Origin: Macrostomum hystrix
Lineage: Eukaryota; Animalia; Platyhelminthes
Assembly (NCBI GenBank): GCA_950097015.1
Contig: CATNEN010000003.1
Span: forward strand, 12,028,001 to 12,092,000
DNA: 64,000 bases
Direction of reading: 5' to 3'
Shown here piece by piece: positions 62,512 to 64,000 of the stretch. The position numbers and the translations under genes are program-made. The notes beneath the pieces were generated by a model. The model searched no databases. It saw only the letters and a list, made by a program, of their open reading frames with translations, and was not told where the DNA came from. Each line of letters begins with the position of its first letter. Positions within the stretch are counted from its first letter, which is position 1.

Positions 62512-63398
62512 TTATCCGCAACCAACAGCTGCAGGCCCTAATTGTCTCTGGAACAGCCGTACGTTGTAGAGATAAATAATGACGAATCGACACCTAACAC
62601 CAATACTTGTAGAGTGACCACCGATGCTAAAGAAATTGAATGATTTCGAGCGAAGTTCCGCAACAGGCCAGCTGTACACAAGTAGGTCAGGCCGGAACCA
62701 ATTCTCCTTAGTAATTGAATCAGTCAAAGAGGACACGTCGAATACGAGTTGAAGTGCCAGTACTCGACTAGAACTAAACACGCTGACAGTGATCTGCCTG
62801 TAGGCCAGAGCTCGCACCAGACTAGGCATGTTGTCTAGCAGGCTGCTCCGGAACCTGTCTGGCAGGGTGGTATCGTCTGTCACCAGCGGCATATCTCGTG
62901 ATTGCTGCTCAAAGCCAGGACATCGCCTCCACTAAACAGTTTTCACGCACTCACTTCCATTTTGGCCTGGATTGAGGATAGAAGAAATGCCGTGACATCA
63001 GTTGAAGATAGCAAACTCAGAAGGACAAACGCTGCAGTCTGATTGGTGAACAGAGAGTACCGCTGGCAGTTTGCACTGATAATTCGACAAACACTTCGTC
63101 TGTGCTGGACTGATTGGAGTTCGAGAGCAACAGCAGCAGCAGTTGCTAGCAGCCTTGTGCTGCCAAACATCGCACAGATTAGTGGATTCGATGTAGCAAT
63201 ACTCAGCGAGTCTGTCAGTTCAATTGAACTATTAGCATCGCTGCAATGCGACTGCAAGGCGTACTTTTGGTAAACGTAGCGTTGAGTCCTTTGCTGAGCG
63301 TTGCACCGAGTCCACGGCTGCACACTTGCCGGTATGTGATGCAGCTCCGCTAACAGAATAATCAAATAAAACCTTGAAAATAGACGTAGTGTAGCCAT
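62512..63398 (-). pseudogene. Secreted Cys-containing protein locus, possibly a divergent PAN/C-type lectin, split into two ORFs
   Basis: Signal-like N-terminus; ORFs 63398-62943 and 62931-62512 are out of frame unless a 23-nt GT-AG segment is spliced; reading continues past the TAA (GCG*SNIVCR). Confidence 0.45.
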
Positions 63399-63814
63399 TG
63401 CAACTAGCTAGCTAGCTATCAAAATAGCTCTTCATTGAGTGTAAATGATGATGGATTAATATGCGCGCCAGTACGAAAAAAACACTGTAGATTTGACAGG
63501 GGAATATCGAAACGTCGCTTTTGTAGGTACTTAAAAAATAGATTGATACGTCTAAACAGTCATTTTTTAAACTAAAAACTATCCTAAAGAATCCTCATTG
63601 AGCCATCTGAATTGATGTCATATTTAGACATTTCTAAGAAACATTTACAGCGATCGATTATGCGCAAACAGGTTGTTAAAAAAACGAATATTCAGTTTAT
63701 CGTCAATTTTAGTAGGAACTAGCAAGTTTTGCCCCCCTTCGGGGAGCAGAAATATTTTTAATTCGTTTATTATATACTTTTTAGCAGCTGAATTTACAGC
63801 TTTTTAATTCTACA

Positions 63815-64000
63815 TTGATCCCCCAGTTGACAATGATCCCCCAGTTAGCAATGATCCCGCAGTCGACAATGATTCCCCAGTTGACAATGATCCCCCAGTT
63901 GACAATGTTCCCCCAGTTGACAATGATCCCCAGTTGACAATGTTCCCCCAGTTGACAATGATCCCCAGTTGACAATGATAACCCAGTTGATGATGATCCC
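63815..64000. repeat. 17-18-bp minisatellite (GATCCCCCAGTTGACAAT)n
   Basis: Tandem units to the window end. Confidence 0.9.

Overview
Eukaryotic (animal) genomic DNA with GT-AG spliceosomal introns; it is not prokaryotic. The polyQ-rich genes and very high minisatellite load resemble a free-living flatworm such as Macrostomum, but that is inference only. Genes assembled by hand: a single-coding-exon secreted PAN/apple plus C-type lectin gene (776-1564) with a truncated duplicate (2459-2713); an 8-coding-exon protocadherin with 7 cadherin repeats (10471-33220, +); a 3-exon coiled-coil gene of unknown function (39071-41850, +); a 6-exon Rab26/37-like GTPase (51198-43971, -) whose catalytic switch-II Gln is replaced by Thr; a 3-exon REEP5/DP1/Yop1 gene (61442-58589, -); and a disrupted secreted-protein locus (63398-62512, -). 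About 33 minisatellite arrays with 7-39 bp units make up roughly 45% of the window (hand estimate). They fill most introns up to about 40-110 bp from the splice sites and account for nearly all long repetitive ORFs in the track. Mobile elements: two tRNA-derived SINE families, a chimera of the two, and a hAT-Charlie-like MITE with a perfect 8-bp TSD that carries a 1.4-kb minisatellite. The most notable pattern is the repeated physical link between minisatellites and mobile elements or splice sites.
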